A stretch of 64,000 nucleotides of DNA from Ptychomitrium polyphyllum. Its lineage: Eukaryota. Each line of letters opens with the position of its first letter. Positions within the stretch are counted from its first letter, which is position 1. Location of the stretch: NCBI GenBank assembly GCA_973851085.1, contig OZ316775.1:19282001-19346000 (forward strand). Reading direction: 5' to 3'. A program made the position numbers and the translations under genes. This document shows, in pieces, positions 11,849 to 25,390 of the stretch. Under the pieces are notes generated by a model. That model saw nothing but the letters and a program-made list of their open reading frames with translations. It had not been told where the DNA came from and ran no database searches.

Positions 11849-14190
11849 CCACATCCGCCACCGCAGGAAAGATTCAAGTGTTGGTCTAGGAAATGAATAT
11901 TCCGGTGCATTGATGGGACTGGTGTGAAGAGAGAAATGCATCGACAACCATGATGTCATAGGGAATGTTTGGCACAGAGAGCAGCAAGCGAGGGCATCGA
12001 GAGCGTAACAGTGTCGACTGGTGGTGTGATCCATGGCTGCGTGGGCTGCAATCGGGCCGCATATGAATGGACTGCACTGCACTTCGACCACATGAACAAT
12101 GGCCACGTCGTCACCTTTCTCCAGACTAAGGCCACTGGAGCGCACAGAATCTTTCCCAAGAGAGATGAAGAATCTCCCATATTTGGAGGTATGGTTACCC
12201 TTTCTGATCATACTGGAACGTATTTTAAGTTCATGTATACTTCATACAAAGACGAGTTTGAAATACACAGAGCTTTATATGTGAGTACAGGCTTTGAAAA
12301 TTGGAGTTTTTACCGTGAGTACAACAAAGATGTCACATCAAAAGCTCTACTTATTTCAAGGAGTAGGCTTTTAGTGATTTTTGTGTATGATTTTTAAAAA
12401 AATTGATAATGATTTGAATAATGAGCATATCATTTTCAAACTAACTTTGGGTGGCCTTTTGGTTTAGAAGTTAGGGTATAAAAATATTTTTTCTAAATTC
12501 ATATTTATATTAATAGAGCTTAGGAGAAAGAGTTTTGTATGTAGTTGATTTGTGATTCATTGTAAAAGCTACTAGAAGGTGAATTAAAACTTTACTAATT
12601 TCTACTTTATGACATAGGTGTAGGTGGATTGGAAGTAAAAGTTAATCAAAGTAGATTAGATGATAGTAAAGTAATATAAGAGATTTTTCATTAAATCTGA
12701 AATTTTAATGGATTAAATTCAACAAATTCATAAAAAGACACTTTCATGTGAATGGAATATTGCATTAAATTTTGAAAATTGCTATAATTGGATGAATGAT
12801 GGTGATGCCTAAAATTTGAATTTATAGTTTCATTCAAATATTTGCATAAACTTAATTGTTTAAAATTTGTTAGAAGCTCCAAATGTGGAAAAAATTCTAA
12901 TTTATACATTTGTTACTTAAGTCTTTTATACTAGATTGTTTATCATTACTTGATTAAATTCTATGCTTCTTGATTTTAATGTGGAATTTTTACCACATTG
13001 ATAAAAAAACCTTAAATGTTGTTCATGCACAAATTTAAGAATGTAGAGATTTTTACAACAATGATTTTTGTTTAGTGAAAATTTTGACTTCATTATTTTC
13101 CTATTGATATGTTTTTCTAGAAAACCAAAATCATGAATTTCTACTTGTATAATTAAATTATCTATAATAAAAATACATCTTTCAAATACTTGTTTTACAT
13201 TTCTTATAAAAGATGATAAAAGAATTTGCAACTATAATTGTCTTTGCCATTTTTAAAGAGGCTCATGCTTTGTCTAATTATACATTATATAAGATTCCAT
13301 GTTAATTTGATGTTACTAATTCAAATATATTTCAACATATAAAAGAACTAAGATTTTCAAAAAAATTGACAAGATTTATACAATAAAATTGTCTATTTTT
13401 TATAAACCATTTAACAAATACTTCCATTAATTTAGGCCCATATATACTTATATAGATAATTTTCACTACAATGCTTAAAAATCATTGTAAAAAATTGTAA
13501 ATATTATAATAATTTACATCAATTCAAATTTCTTATTCAAAAACATTGTGGATTTCTTATTTATTTCCAAATCTTAGCATTAACAAAAAAGAATATTTCT
13601 ATAATAAAAATAAAATGTTGTACAGCTTATATTAACTAAATTCAAAAAAACTTGTAACATTATTATCCATGAATGTTCTTACCAACAAACACAATTAAAA
13701 ACTTTTTATGCTAACAACATTTAATTACTTCTAATAAATACATTTATTTTGTAAAATCTATAGCCTCATGCAAAAATTAATGTGGATGATACTAAATACC
13801 ATTTTTAACATACCAATTTAGCTATAAGTTCTAATTAGCACAAAACACTATAAATATGTTATAAATATTTTAAATTTTAAAATAAGGCTTCAAAATCTAT
13901 TTTGATCTCATTGCTGTCAATTATTAGTGAATCATCATTTTACAAAGTAATATAAAAGTTGCTACCTTAAAAATTTAGGGGCAATATAAAAAAATGACAC
14001 AATCAAAAAAGTTCATTGTCAATTCTTTTACTATTCTTTGAACCAATGGTTAGTCAACTAAACTTTTTATAAAATCCTTTTCCCTTTTGGTTTTATTCTT
14101 TGAAAAACATAATCTTATTGCATCTTACTACAAGTATAGAACACTGGCATTTGCTCTTTGCAACTTTTCACCTACTTTGTCCCTAAATCC

Positions 14191-14253
14191 ACTGTGCCCA
14201 TTGTGCCCATTGTGCCCATTGTGCCCATTGTGTCCATTGTGTCCACTATGTCC
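14191..14253. repeat. 9-bp tandem repeat TGTG(C/T)CCA(T/C), about 7 copies
   Basis: Read directly from the sequence; it produces the spurious PLCPLCPLC ORF. Confidence 0.95.
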
Positions 14254-14819
14254 GCTGCTGGCAGGAGATGCACTTACCATGAGCACCTAAGATAGATTTC
14301 TCAACAAACAGTCGATTATTCTCCATCCTCAGCACCAGCAGCCGTATTTGAGCTGAGCTGAGGCTCCTCAGCTGAGCCCACCTTGGAAACCTTGTATACT
14401 GAATCTTTTGCATCTATGATTTGACAGTGTGGTTGATTCAGTTCCAACCACCGGACTCACGATCTCGAATCCCAGCTCACATACAATCACCGTTTTTCCG
14501 CTGGACTTTTCATTTCTGATGGAAACCATGTCATTGTTAACCACTGCATGGGACAGATAATCTCACCTTCCATCCGCACGAAACTTGACTTTTTGTCACC
14601 TGCTCAACGCTGTAGCTGCTGCACAGGCCTCTTGGGAGTTGGTCGTCCCGCAGGATCGACAAAATATTTTCCAGTTTCACCACGTGGACCTCAGCTAGAA
14701 CGTGGTTTGAAGAGTACACTCCTGTGTATACTTGTAGAGAGCACCAGTCTAAATTATAAAATAGAGGGTAGTGCTCAACAACTGTTATCACTGAACTTGG
14801 AGGAACTGCACCAGTAGCC

Positions 14820-17226
14820 ATGTCGAGAGTTGTGATGCCCAAGGATAGGAGTTTGAGTCTGCTTACTGACTCCCGGGAGTTAGTTGAGGTCTGCGACCCG
14901 GATCATATTACTGGTCAAGCTCCGCTTGTCCCAGCATTTGAGAGCTTGAACCAGCTACAGGTTCCCAGTTTAGACGATTTTAAGTGTGAAGAGTCAAGTG
15001 AGGCACACAGGAGATGGATTGAGACATTGCATCAAGATAAGCAGCAACAAGATCTTTTCAGTGAGGAACTCCGATATCTGCATTCCAGTTTCAGAAATGA
15101 AGAGAGGAAAACCAAACCTCGTAATCTCGAAATGTCGCAGGTTAATGAGTTGTCTAACCTTGACGAGGTCGAGTCTGATTTTCACCATCCCGAAGTGGTA
15201 ATTGAAACGGGCACCGTTGAGGAACAATCAGAATTAGTAGATAACAGAGTTCTCCCTGGTGAATGTACTTCTGAAAAAAATTCGGGGACACAAGAATGTC
15301 AGTTTTCCGATGAGAAAGGCAGTGCCTATGCCCCTCCTACATGCTTGACGAAGAGGCGAGTGGCAGTCACGGGAGCTGGAGGATTTATTGCTTCTTGGAT
15401 TGTTAAGTTGCTCCTACAGCGTGGCTTCTATGTCCGAGGGATTCTTCGAAATATAGGTGGTCTGGAAAAACCCGACAGCCTGAAAGTTACGAATTAATTT
15501 AGAATCATGTCGTTGCAAGAATATAAATATCAAGCACGATATTTTAGTGTATTTTACTGTCCCTGCACTGATGTTTTTCCAATCATTTTTCATTTGAATA
15601 GTCCGCGGTCCTCATTAAATCTGAACTTGTCATATTAGTGAAATTTCGCAGCAGATGATGTAAATACAACGCATCTCAAAAGCCTAGAAGGTGCCAATGA
15701 GAGGCTGGAGCTTAGGAGAGCCGACATTCTAAACCTGCCAAGTCTGTTGGGCGTTGTGGAGGGTTGTGAAGGGGTGTTTCATACAGCGTGTCCTGTCATT
15801 CCCGATATAACAGATCCTGAGGTAAACATTCTGATAACTGCCACCTGGCTTGATTCTTTAAGTTCATACTGAAAGAAAATATAACGACAAAAGATACACT
15901 GATCACTCAGATTCAGATGCTGAGACCAGCAGTGGAGGGAACATTGAATGTCTTGAAAGCTTGTAAGCAAGGTCATATTCAGCGGATTGTCTTAACCTCG
16001 TCGATTGGAGCAGTGTACATGAACCCCGACCTTCCACCAGGAAAAGTGTATAATGAGAGCTGCTGGTCAGATGAAAACTACCTCAAAGATACTAAGGTAC
16101 CATAAGCTTTTCATATTCTCATGAACATTAACAATACCTGAAATTAGAAAGACATTAGAACTTTTGGCATACACGAGGTCGCTCTTGAGTCACACCATAC
16201 TCAAAAACGGTTCAGAGTTCTTAGACTGTAACTCGACTGCAATACTTCCGCATAACTTGATGCAAAGAGGCTAGATCAGATGTTAATCATGTCAGACGTG
16301 GTACTTGCAGGAGTGGTACTGCTTGGCAAAACTCATGGCTGAAAAAATGGCATGGGAGTATGCAAAGGCAAATGACATGAACCTAATAACGATATGCCCA
16401 GGTATCACATTGGGAACAATGTTACAGCCCCATATCAACCAGAGTTCAACCCATATTCTCAAATACGTCAATGGTAAAGCTCCTGATCATCATTGCCAGA
16501 TTATCATGAATGTTTAGAATGTCAATCACATTCATCAATGACCTCGTTACTAATGTTATTCAGGTTCGACAAGAACGTTTGCCAATCTTTGCCAAGCCTA
16601 CGTTGACGTGGAGGACGTTGCTGAAGCGCACGTTTTGGCATTTGAGACACCGAATGCTTCTGGAAGGTTCCTTTGTTGTAAGTGGTCTCGGCACCGGGGC
16701 GAAGTGGTTGATGCTCTTACTCGCATGTATCCCCATTACCCAACCCCAACCAGGTGAGTCTACAGGAATTACCTCCCTCAAGTACATGTTGTTTGTTTTC
16801 CATGAGTTCGTTGTCCAGCCCATTTCATAGGTCCAAACTAGAAAGAGTTATGAAACATGGACCCCAGAGTTCCCAACGAGTTGAACAGAGGTTGGTTATA
16901 ATATTGTTCAGAACCTAAGCCCGATGTAGCCATGTATAGTTGGAGACGAAGCAATTAGATACACGGTCTGTGACACATAGTCTCCAAATTTCACTCTAAA
17001 ATATCTTATAGAATTTTTACAGTACATACTGAACGCCATGGGGGAAAATATTTGTCGTAGGTGCAAAGATGAGGGTCAACCAAAGAAACAACCACTTCAC
17101 TTCTGCAGCAAGAAGGTTGAACAGCTTGGTTTACAGTTCACTTCTTTGGATGAAACTTTGAGAAGATGTGTCTCAAGTCTACAATCTAAAGGAATTATTG
17201 CAAAAAGAACGTCTTGCATTTGTTGA
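14820..17226 (+). CDS. CCR-like: Cinnamoyl-CoA reductase-like NAD(P)-dependent SDR with long acidic N-terminal extension (exons 14820-15456, 15655-15821, 15911-16096, 16311-16473, 16564-16753, 17061-17226)
   Basis: Rossmann motif VAVTGAGGFIASWIVKLLLQRG; HLKSLEGANERL; GVFHTACPV; TSSIGAVYMNP; catalytic YxxxK in EWYCLAK; YVDVEDVAEAHVLAFE. All five introns are GT-AG and phase-consistent. Confidence 0.92.
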
Positions 17227-19140
17227 ACAACACATGCACTACTTCCAGTAACAACTTGGCTACAATCCCAACTCCAGAATTTAAAACATTGCAGTGACTT
17301 TAATTTGAACATGGTTTTGGCATACCATCCATCTAGCTTAGAAAGTTAGTTGCTACTTTGGTGGACATCATTCATTTAGTTCTATGCATAAGGCATGTCC
17401 ATAAGTCCACAAAACTTTGCAATAATTGTAGACCACATACAAGTTTGTTTTTATCTTAATGATATTTACATAATTAATTTAAAGGTTTCAAGGGTCTTGA
17501 AGAAATGTTGCATATTGAAAGACGTTTTAGGTCTCAATAATTAGTTATAGATTTATTAAGCTTAGTTTTAGCCAAAGGTTATAACCTTTAATTTTTTTTA
17601 ACATGTTCTGTAGTTATAGAATAATAAAGTTGACAGTTGCATGTGTTAATTTAGTTTTTTCCATAATACTAGATAATTGGTGATTTTAAATAAATTCAAT
17701 TTTTTTCAAATATGTATTTAGAATATTATTTTAAATCATAAAGCATTCCATTCAAGTAATACCTTTCATTTAAATTCTCTATCATTGCATATGGTTTCTA
17801 TTTAAAAACATACAAATTGGTTTAAATTCAACATATTACAAATACTTGATAAAATCCAAGCATGCAATTCTTATAAAAATTTAAAAATATAAATTTACAA
17901 TTGAATGAACATTTTTTGGTTGTAATTTATATTTTAAACTATCATTTATATAATTTTCAAAAAATGGGAATTCATATAGGTAATTGGAACATTTATGATT
18001 CCAAGAGTTATTAAAATAAAAAAAATTGATACATGGTAATTATCAAATGAGTTTTAAATGAGTTATAAACTATGATGGAATAACTAATCAAACATTAAAA
18101 ATTCATTATTAACGCTTTGTGTTTTATTATTAAAAACAACAAGCTTGGAATGATGATATTATTAATAGATGTAATAGTATTATTTAGACAAATATCTAAA
18201 TATCATTTTCCAATTCTTCTATCAAAGATTTTTTCTGCTTTCAAAGCTTGCATAGATTCTAGAAGTATAGCGTATTGATGGTATAAGAGGATTTGGAGGT
18301 CAAACGGAAAGCGCTGCAAGTAGTAAGTTTGATTTGCTACAAATAAGCTATATAAGCTATGAGGAAGGTGATAAAAGTAAAGAAGAAGGGCTTGTCAATG
18401 CCAAGAAGAAGGTGGATGGAAGTCCATGCCTTCTATGTCAAAGGAAGTATAGCTAAAGTGCAAGAGAGCACTTCAATCCTATGAATATTAATATATTTCT
18501 ATTCCAATGTGAAGCTAATTTCTTTTACAAAAACATTAAATGTTGTATTGGTTGAAATGTTAATAGACTTTTCTTGTCTTTGCTTTTTTTAGATTTCACT
18601 TCAATTATACATTGCAATTGACACTTATAAATTATAAATGTACTATGTCAAATTTTGTGATTTAAATGATTAGTCAAAATATAAATGTATAAGTATAAAA
18701 ATCCTTCCTAAAAAAGACATTAATTGTTTCTAATGAGCTTTTGCAACAAATCCTTAATCTAAAGTGTGAAGTTTCTCAAAGAACATGTCAAGGATTGTGT
18801 TATAAAAGTCATCTAATCTTACATCCATTATACTTTCATATATTCCTTTTACATTGCATAGCGCCCCATTCTCATTCTTTTATACTTCAAAATAAAAACT
18901 TGCATTCCAGTGAATACTCTTTGTACATTTTAGCACAAATAATGCTTATAGTGCAGTACAAAGTAATAGTGTCAATTAAGCATCAAAAAATGCAATTGTA
19001 CAGGACATATCAAGCTCAGGTCATCGTAGTTATTCCTCGAAGACGGTTAATCCGAAATAGAATGGAAGTCCTGAACATTAGAGTTGAGACCTGAAATTTG
19101 GGACCTGGGACCTATGATACGGGACCTGGAAAGGGTGAGG

Positions 19141-19150
19141 ATTAGGGTTT
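19141..19150 (-). promoter_or_regulatory. Telo-box (AAACCCTAAT) upstream of the ribosomal protein gene
   Basis: attagggttt lies ~125 bp before the RPL14 ATG. Telo-boxes are characteristic of plant translation-machinery promoters. Repeated GGGACC motifs occur at 19100-19126 and 19187. Confidence 0.65.
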
Positions 19151-19274
19151 GGCGCTGCGGTAGCGCAGCTCGGGAGTGTAAAGCGAGGGACCTCACGTGG
19201 GAGTCGCTCTTTTGCAGCGAAACGCCGCAGTATCGTCCGTCGTCGCCTCTCTAGCCCCAGCAACAGCGGCAGTC

Positions 19275-19676
19275 ATGGTGTTCCGCAGGTTTGTCGAGAT
19301 CGGGCGCGTCGCCCTCATAAACTACGGGCCGCAATATGGCAAGCTCGTCGTGATTGTTGACGTGATTGACCAGAACCGGGCGCTCATCGACTCGCCCGAC
19401 ATGGTCCGTACGCAGATCAACTTCAAGCGTCTCTCCCTTACCGACATTGTCATCGAGATCCCCCGGATGCCCAACAAGAAGGCGTTGAAGGAGGCTATCG
19501 AGAAGGGCGAGGTGTACAGCAAGTGGGAGAGCAGCGCCTGGGGCCGCAAACTTGCTGTGCGCGCCAAGCGGGCCAGCTTGAACGACTTCGACCGGTTCAA
19601 GGTTATGGTGGCGCGTGTGAAGAGGAGTTCTATTGTTCGCAGGGAGCTCGGAAAGCTCAGGCGGGAGAAGGCTTAG
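19275..19676 (+). CDS. RPL14: 60S ribosomal protein L14 (eL14), intronless CDS
   Basis: [39 protein letters not shown]...[10 protein letters not shown]...[13 protein letters not shown] is eL14. Codon usage is strongly GC3-biased. Confidence 0.98.
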   Translation: MVFRRFVEIGRVALINYGPQYGKLVVIVDVIDQNRALIDSPDMVRTQINFKRLSLTDIVIEIPRMPNKKALKEAIEKGEVYSKWESSAWGRKLAVRAKRASLNDFDRFKVMVARVKRSSIVRRELGKLRREKA

Positions 19677-21346
19677 AACGACTGCAGGTAATGCTGGGGC
19701 TTAATCTCACATATCGATTTAGGGTTAGGTCTGAACTGGGTTCTTACTTTGAAGTTGTGCTCCAGGAGATTATGGTTTATGTAGCAGGTCTTAACTGGTT
19801 ATTTCTCGATTAGAGAAGTTTTTGGTCTACGTTTCTTCCCATTGTCTTCGACGGTATCTTATTCTCTAACAGGTTATTCGTATTTTAATTGCTGCAACTG
19901 TTAAGGTTCACATATACTGCTATCAAGAAACCTCCTTGGTTTAAAATTAACTTCACTGAGAATTCTGTTGTCCTAGAAACTGTTATAGAGCTGACGCCTC
20001 TAACCTTCTATTGTTTTTAGGTCATTGTGAAATAAGAGAACTCTAGTTTTTTGCTGACATTTCACGCCTGGTGACCATTGTTTTCATCAGATTCTCGTTT
20101 TCGATTATGCAATTTACGACCATTTCCTGGCCGGAAAACTATATTAGTGTTTCATCTGTGAGGGTCTTGTAGGACTGGATAAGTATGTCGCTATGGTATT
20201 CACATGTTCTTACAGAAGGAGCTGTGTTATTATAATATGCTATGATTTAGGGTTAGAAAACCTGGTTAGCGGAGAAGTCGCTCAGCTTCAATGCCTGAGT
20301 TGTGGGCAGAATTCACCCTTTTGTGGCTTCTTTATTGATTTAAATTCAGAATGGGGAGGGTTTCAACCTAGAGTCTTGTACGTTTAAAGGCCCAAATCAG
20401 TATAAACTTTTTTGTCTTGTCGAAATCGTTGACTTGTTTCATCAATGGCAATTTGCAGGATCTTAAGATGGAAGTCGCAAAATCGAAGTTAGCCTCCGCG
20501 GTGCACGTCTTGATTTGAAGCAGACTAGTCTTGTTTCATGTCTCTATCTTATAAATGCTTTTCAATTTATGTCAGTGCTCACCCTGTTATTTTGAGTTTG
20601 GAAGCTTATGGAATTGTAACTTTGGTGTCTTTGATTCCACTCATGACTCCGCAAGCTTGGCCCTTAATAACTAAACTTTTAACATTCCTCAGAATTTACA
20701 GAATAGATGTTTTTCTGGAATGCAGTACGATCTGCGTCAGATGGGAGTTAGATTTTAGCTGGTTGTCGTGTTTTGAAAATGATTTGGTCCTCAGCTTCTC
20801 TAACTTGATTCACTAGATAATGATTGGAGTTTGTTAAGCCTAGAGTCCTAGGCACTTTTGATAACAAGCTTCTACATTCTTAGTATGCATAGCATTCAGT
20901 AACTTAACCAAGAGGATTGATCTTCAATTCATTCACCTCCTTACGGAACATGCAAATGATTATAAATTCATGCTTTGCAAGCTCCTTAAAATGAACATAT
21001 ATAAGCGGCTTACGTTTGACCATCGTTGTCTAAAAGCCAAGCTCCTCTACGAGCTGGTGGAGGTGGGTGAACCTTTTAGTTCAAATCCTGCATAGGAAAT
21101 TACCATAGTGAACTAAAACTAGTCGTATTGGGAGTACCTCCGGCGGATCTCCTGGGCTGCCTAACTTATTTGTGGATGGTTCATATGCCTACGGTTGTGG
21201 TTTGTTATGTACATTTCTGTGGTGTACCATAAAATACCCTGAAGCTGTGAGCATCCTTGTCCAAACCATCACAAGTATGTAATTAGAAATCATATTCACT
21301 GCTCTGGCGCTGTGGCGTGGATGAATATAGTATCCGATACCGTTGC

Positions 21347-22000
21347 TAAGACCCGCTCCCCAACTCGAGCAGGCACCAGCCTCGCCAATGATGCAAGACA
21401 CTAATATCTTGTTTATCTCCGGCCCCACTGTACGTTCCAAGCCCCTCTCCACTTCGCCTCTTCCATCTGGAGGCCACACCAGGCTCGTGCTTCTGTAGTT
21501 GGTGCATGATGGAGGCCTGGAGGGGGGGTGGCTGCTGTCCAGAAGTAGCACTAGTTCCTTGAGGATGATATTGACTTGCACCAGGCTCTGGGTCATTTGC
21601 AGGTTTGATTGAGGAAGGCCCTCTGACACCGAGAAGAGCAGATGGAACATCCTCGAAATGTTGAGGAAAGGCTTCAAGTAGAGTGAAGTGTAGAGATGGA
21701 CTGGAGGATGTTCAAGGATTTGTATGAGGTTCAATTTATTTCCGTAGGCCTTGCTGAATGAGAAGATCTTTTGTTTCTCTCAATTGTGGAGAGGGCGTGT
21801 GCTCATAATAGCTACTTTGTCCAAAAATCTGATGTATATATTGCAAGTCTCTTCACCAGAGGAGATTATGGCCACATTGTATATACTTGCTCTTTGTGTG
21901 TACAAATGCCATTTAGAAGTATTCCAATGGAGTGCATGAAATGATTTAGAAGTATTGTAATAGAGTGCATGAAATAATTTTGTATTTCTATTGGTTAAAG
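21347..22000 (+). mobile_element. Degenerate PIF/Harbinger-like transposase relic (the AT-rich block to ~23950 is probably the rest of the element)
   Basis: Interrupted translation MDWRMFKD...MRR/LFLSIVERACAHNSYFVQKSD...SSPEEIMATLYILAL...PMECMK*F matches the plant Harbinger transposase N-terminal motif as remembered (RMRR.LF..IV..V..HD.YF.QK.D...GLS..QK.TAALRMLA...T.MEC.KRF). Candidate left end TAA|GACCCGCTCCCAAC at 21347-21363. Confidence 0.7.
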
Positions 22001-25000
22001 GTTTTTGTAATCACCATGCTTTGAAACTTGCACAAGCTAATTTTTGAAGAGCAATTGTCACTCGTCTAAGATGATAAATTAGAAGATATATAAGAGATTG
22101 TTGCAGAAGAAAAAATAAGGATTACATTAATAGCACAAATAGTTTTTTTATTTAAAAATACAACATTATGAATTGTTTCAAAATATGTATTGACAAACTG
22201 GAGGTGCACTTCATCTTGCCTTTTAGTTCCTTTTGCCTACATTGCACTAGAACATGAAAACATTAAGACTCATTGACCATTTTAAGGTAATCAATTACAT
22301 TTTCCAATTTTTGCATCACCAAGATATCTAGCAAATAGTTTTATGGAAAACTAGCCCAAAAACTCCCTTACAAATTTTTAGCAACAACTTTCAAAAATAC
22401 AACTTTGATTCCAAGAGTAGAATGCCATTTGAATCATAGAATGAATAAGATTAATTTAAAGACACAAATTTGTGACATTGGTGTGGATTTAAAGTAATAA
22501 CACTATCAAATGTATTAGTATTGGAACTAGGAAATTAAATGCACATTAAATTTTGGCAAAATGGTTGGTTAAGAAACAAGTTGTTTATTGAACCTTTACA
22601 TTAAAGGCCAATACTAAAAATATTGCCATCCAAAATGCTTATATGTTGCATCTTTTGTAATTTTTGGTACTAAAAGTTTTTTTGGTAGATAAGAATTTTC
22701 ATAATATAAAAAAGTCCATTAAATTATAACAACCATATTGATTTTGAAATGAAGCATGAACTAATTTTTTCTTCTTCACTTTATTCCTCTATAAAAAACA
22801 AAGTAAATTTTTGAACACTAATTCTTATATTAATATTCAAAGTCTTGTCACAAAAAAAAGTAGTCATAAAACAATACATTTTGACATGTGTTTTGATAGG
22901 AATGAAGGTTAAATTATGCTTGTTTTATAAATTTTTAAACATATTTGTGTATTGTGCAAAAATGTATTTGCATGTACTTTAATATAAACAATAGTATTAT
23001 AATGCAATATTTATAGCATTATGGTAAGTATATATTTATTAGTTGATGTTCATTTAAGTTTAAAGTCTAAATTTCATAAAATAATCTAAATATAATTTTA
23101 ATATAGTATAAAATAATATTTTTTTCTAATCTGTTATATTTTGATATTGTAAAATTCTTCAAACAAATAAAATTCATAGAATGTCAATTGTTCATTCTAC
23201 AAGTTTGAATTCTATAAATTATAAAGATATAATTAATCCATAAATAATAAATGTATAACAATCTACTAATGTTTTGTTAGAATTTTTATTTGCTTCTTGT
23301 AAATTTGTACATGTAGTGTGTGTAGCCACAACAATACAATTCTTCAATGCTTAACATTCTTATTTCTTTCCACTCAATATTACTTAGCATTAATATTATA
23401 CAAATAAGAAAACTAATAATTTTAAGATGATTTAAAAAATAAAACAAATGAATTTTTATAGCTTTATTTACTTCTTAATTGAAAAGATGGTTAATGCATA
23501 GAGTCTAAAGAGATGGTACAACACACTTCATTTTTCTTGCAAGTTCTTCTTTGTACTTTTGTATTGTTCTTTTAGCATTCTTCAACTCATAATTCTATGC
23601 TAAATCTTGCAATTGCACAAATAAAGAAAACAAACAAATACTTTGAACAAAATGAATTGGCATTTTAAAAAAACTACTCTTATTTTAATTTTCAAGCTGT
23701 TTGGTTTTTTACCTTTATACTTTTATCAATCAAAGAAGTCAAGTGAAAAATTAAAGCTCTACTAAAAGTAATTTTAACCGCCTCTTTAGCTACCACTTCA
23801 TTTGCTAGACTTATTGCTAGATTCATTTGCTTTTAAATTGTGTCAGTTTGGTTCTTAAATTGCAAATTGACAGCATGAGGCTATAAAATTATTTGCAATG
23901 CAAATGCTGTATGATTTGAAATAGAATTCGAAACAACAAAAACAGTTTCCTTTGTAGCCCTGATCATAATCCATATCTTAGTTCATGGGAACCAATCCTG
24001 TTAAATTCCAAATTTGTTCTGTCATTCACCCATGGTCATCTGGCAGCGTAGTTCCATGAATGAAAACATGGCATTCAGGGCGATGGAAGTGTTGTACGAC
24101 TTTCAGAATCAGCTCTTTCCAAATACATCTTACCACAAATGGGGAGAACTGTGCTTTATAAAGCGGACCCGTAAGTTCCTACTGTATGCACTTCATTCCT
24201 CACAAACTGTTAAATTTGGGTAACACACAGGACCATGGATTTCACAAGTTGGGTCCATGCTCCATGCCAAATTTCAATAGTCATGGCTTGTGAAGCCCCC
24301 CTGTGAAGCAACCTGGCAGCGTGGCTCAAGACCCACTGACTAGCGCCACCTGTCCAGGATGCCATTCTGATACAGAGCATCTTTGGCAACCCAGTCACTT
24401 GTGTGAAGCCTCCACCCACATCAACTCATTATCGGAACACTCAATCCACTACTTTACTCAAGAATTGGTCATGCCCAGTCCTCAAGCTCATCATGATACA
24501 ATCCCAAAGTTCCTACAAATTCCAATTTCCCAATTCAGAAATTCCACTCCATCCATGACACTTCACTAAAGTATGGTACAGTAGAGTACACTGCTGTACT
24601 GATCCTAACTTACAGCAAGGAGCCTGGAGCTGATGCCTGCCATCTCACACCCCTTGTCAATGCACTGACCAGTCTTGCGAACAAACTTTTTTTCCCAGCA
24701 TCCATGGTATGTTTGGACTTTCCCACGCTTGAAAAGGGATGGAACACAAAAGCATTCTTGCTAACGTGACTAGGTGACATGAGAAGTTCATCGCTCACAA
24801 CTCCAAACCTAAGTACATGAGCTCTCCTGTCCGCACACAAACCATACCCTAGCTAGCTGGTCCTGGGTACAACAAATCTCTTGTTCCTTGTCACCCTTTT
24901 TAACCTTCAGTCCTCTGAAAATCCACAGTACAGTTTGTTAACAGCTGTATAAAAAGCAATAGATCACGAGAGCATGAGAGCGTGTAACAGGAACCAGAAA

Positions 25001-25390
25001 CTTCATCTCTCAGCCTACTTACACAAGAGATGTATTCACAAAACCGTCACCGTACGCAAAACCGCAATTATCTACAAAGTATCTACACCCGTAACTCCAA
25101 ACCCTATGAAAAACGTAGACATTATTGATCGACATGCATCCCTTTATCAAACCTCGTTCAGCAGGGGACGAACATACACGAAAATCGAAACTCTAAAGTC
25201 AAAGCAGCACTTCCTCCGGCCCCTCTAGATATCGAACAGCTCAACTCTGAATCGACGGTGGACAGCCTAGGATTCAGGTATAGTGACGGCTTTGAGCCAC
25301 GCTTCCCCATTCTCGTGTCCTGAATGTAATTATTCACTGCCGTAGAATCGTGCGCTCCATTCCGACAGCCCCCCGACCACTGGACGGAGC

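Larger units (their letters stand above)
11770..14276. mobile_element. Putative non-autonomous/decayed DNA transposon (PIF/Harbinger-like right end) with subterminal tandem repeats
   Basis: Right end GGAGATGCAC+TTA at 14264-14276 (reverse complement TAA GTGCATCTCC). Left array (CTGGACTCATCT)x3 at ~11793-11829 and right array (TGTGCCCAT/TGTGTCCAT)x~7 at ~14193-14246 share TGGACNCA in inverted orientation. The interior is AT-rich. Confidence 0.4.

Noticed and set aside
14087..14290. ORF with PLCPLC repeats resembling a metal-binding protein
   Set aside because: It is a translation of the 9-bp minisatellite with a non-ATG start.
21040..21120. tRNA/SINE-like B box GTTCAAATCC inside the inverted repeat TTTTAGTTCA/TGAACTAAAA
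   Set aside because: No convincing A box, cloverleaf, tail or target-site duplication.
21189..21734. 181-aa minus-strand ORF
   Set aside because: It is the antisense shadow of the + strand Harbinger relic and has no protein-like features.
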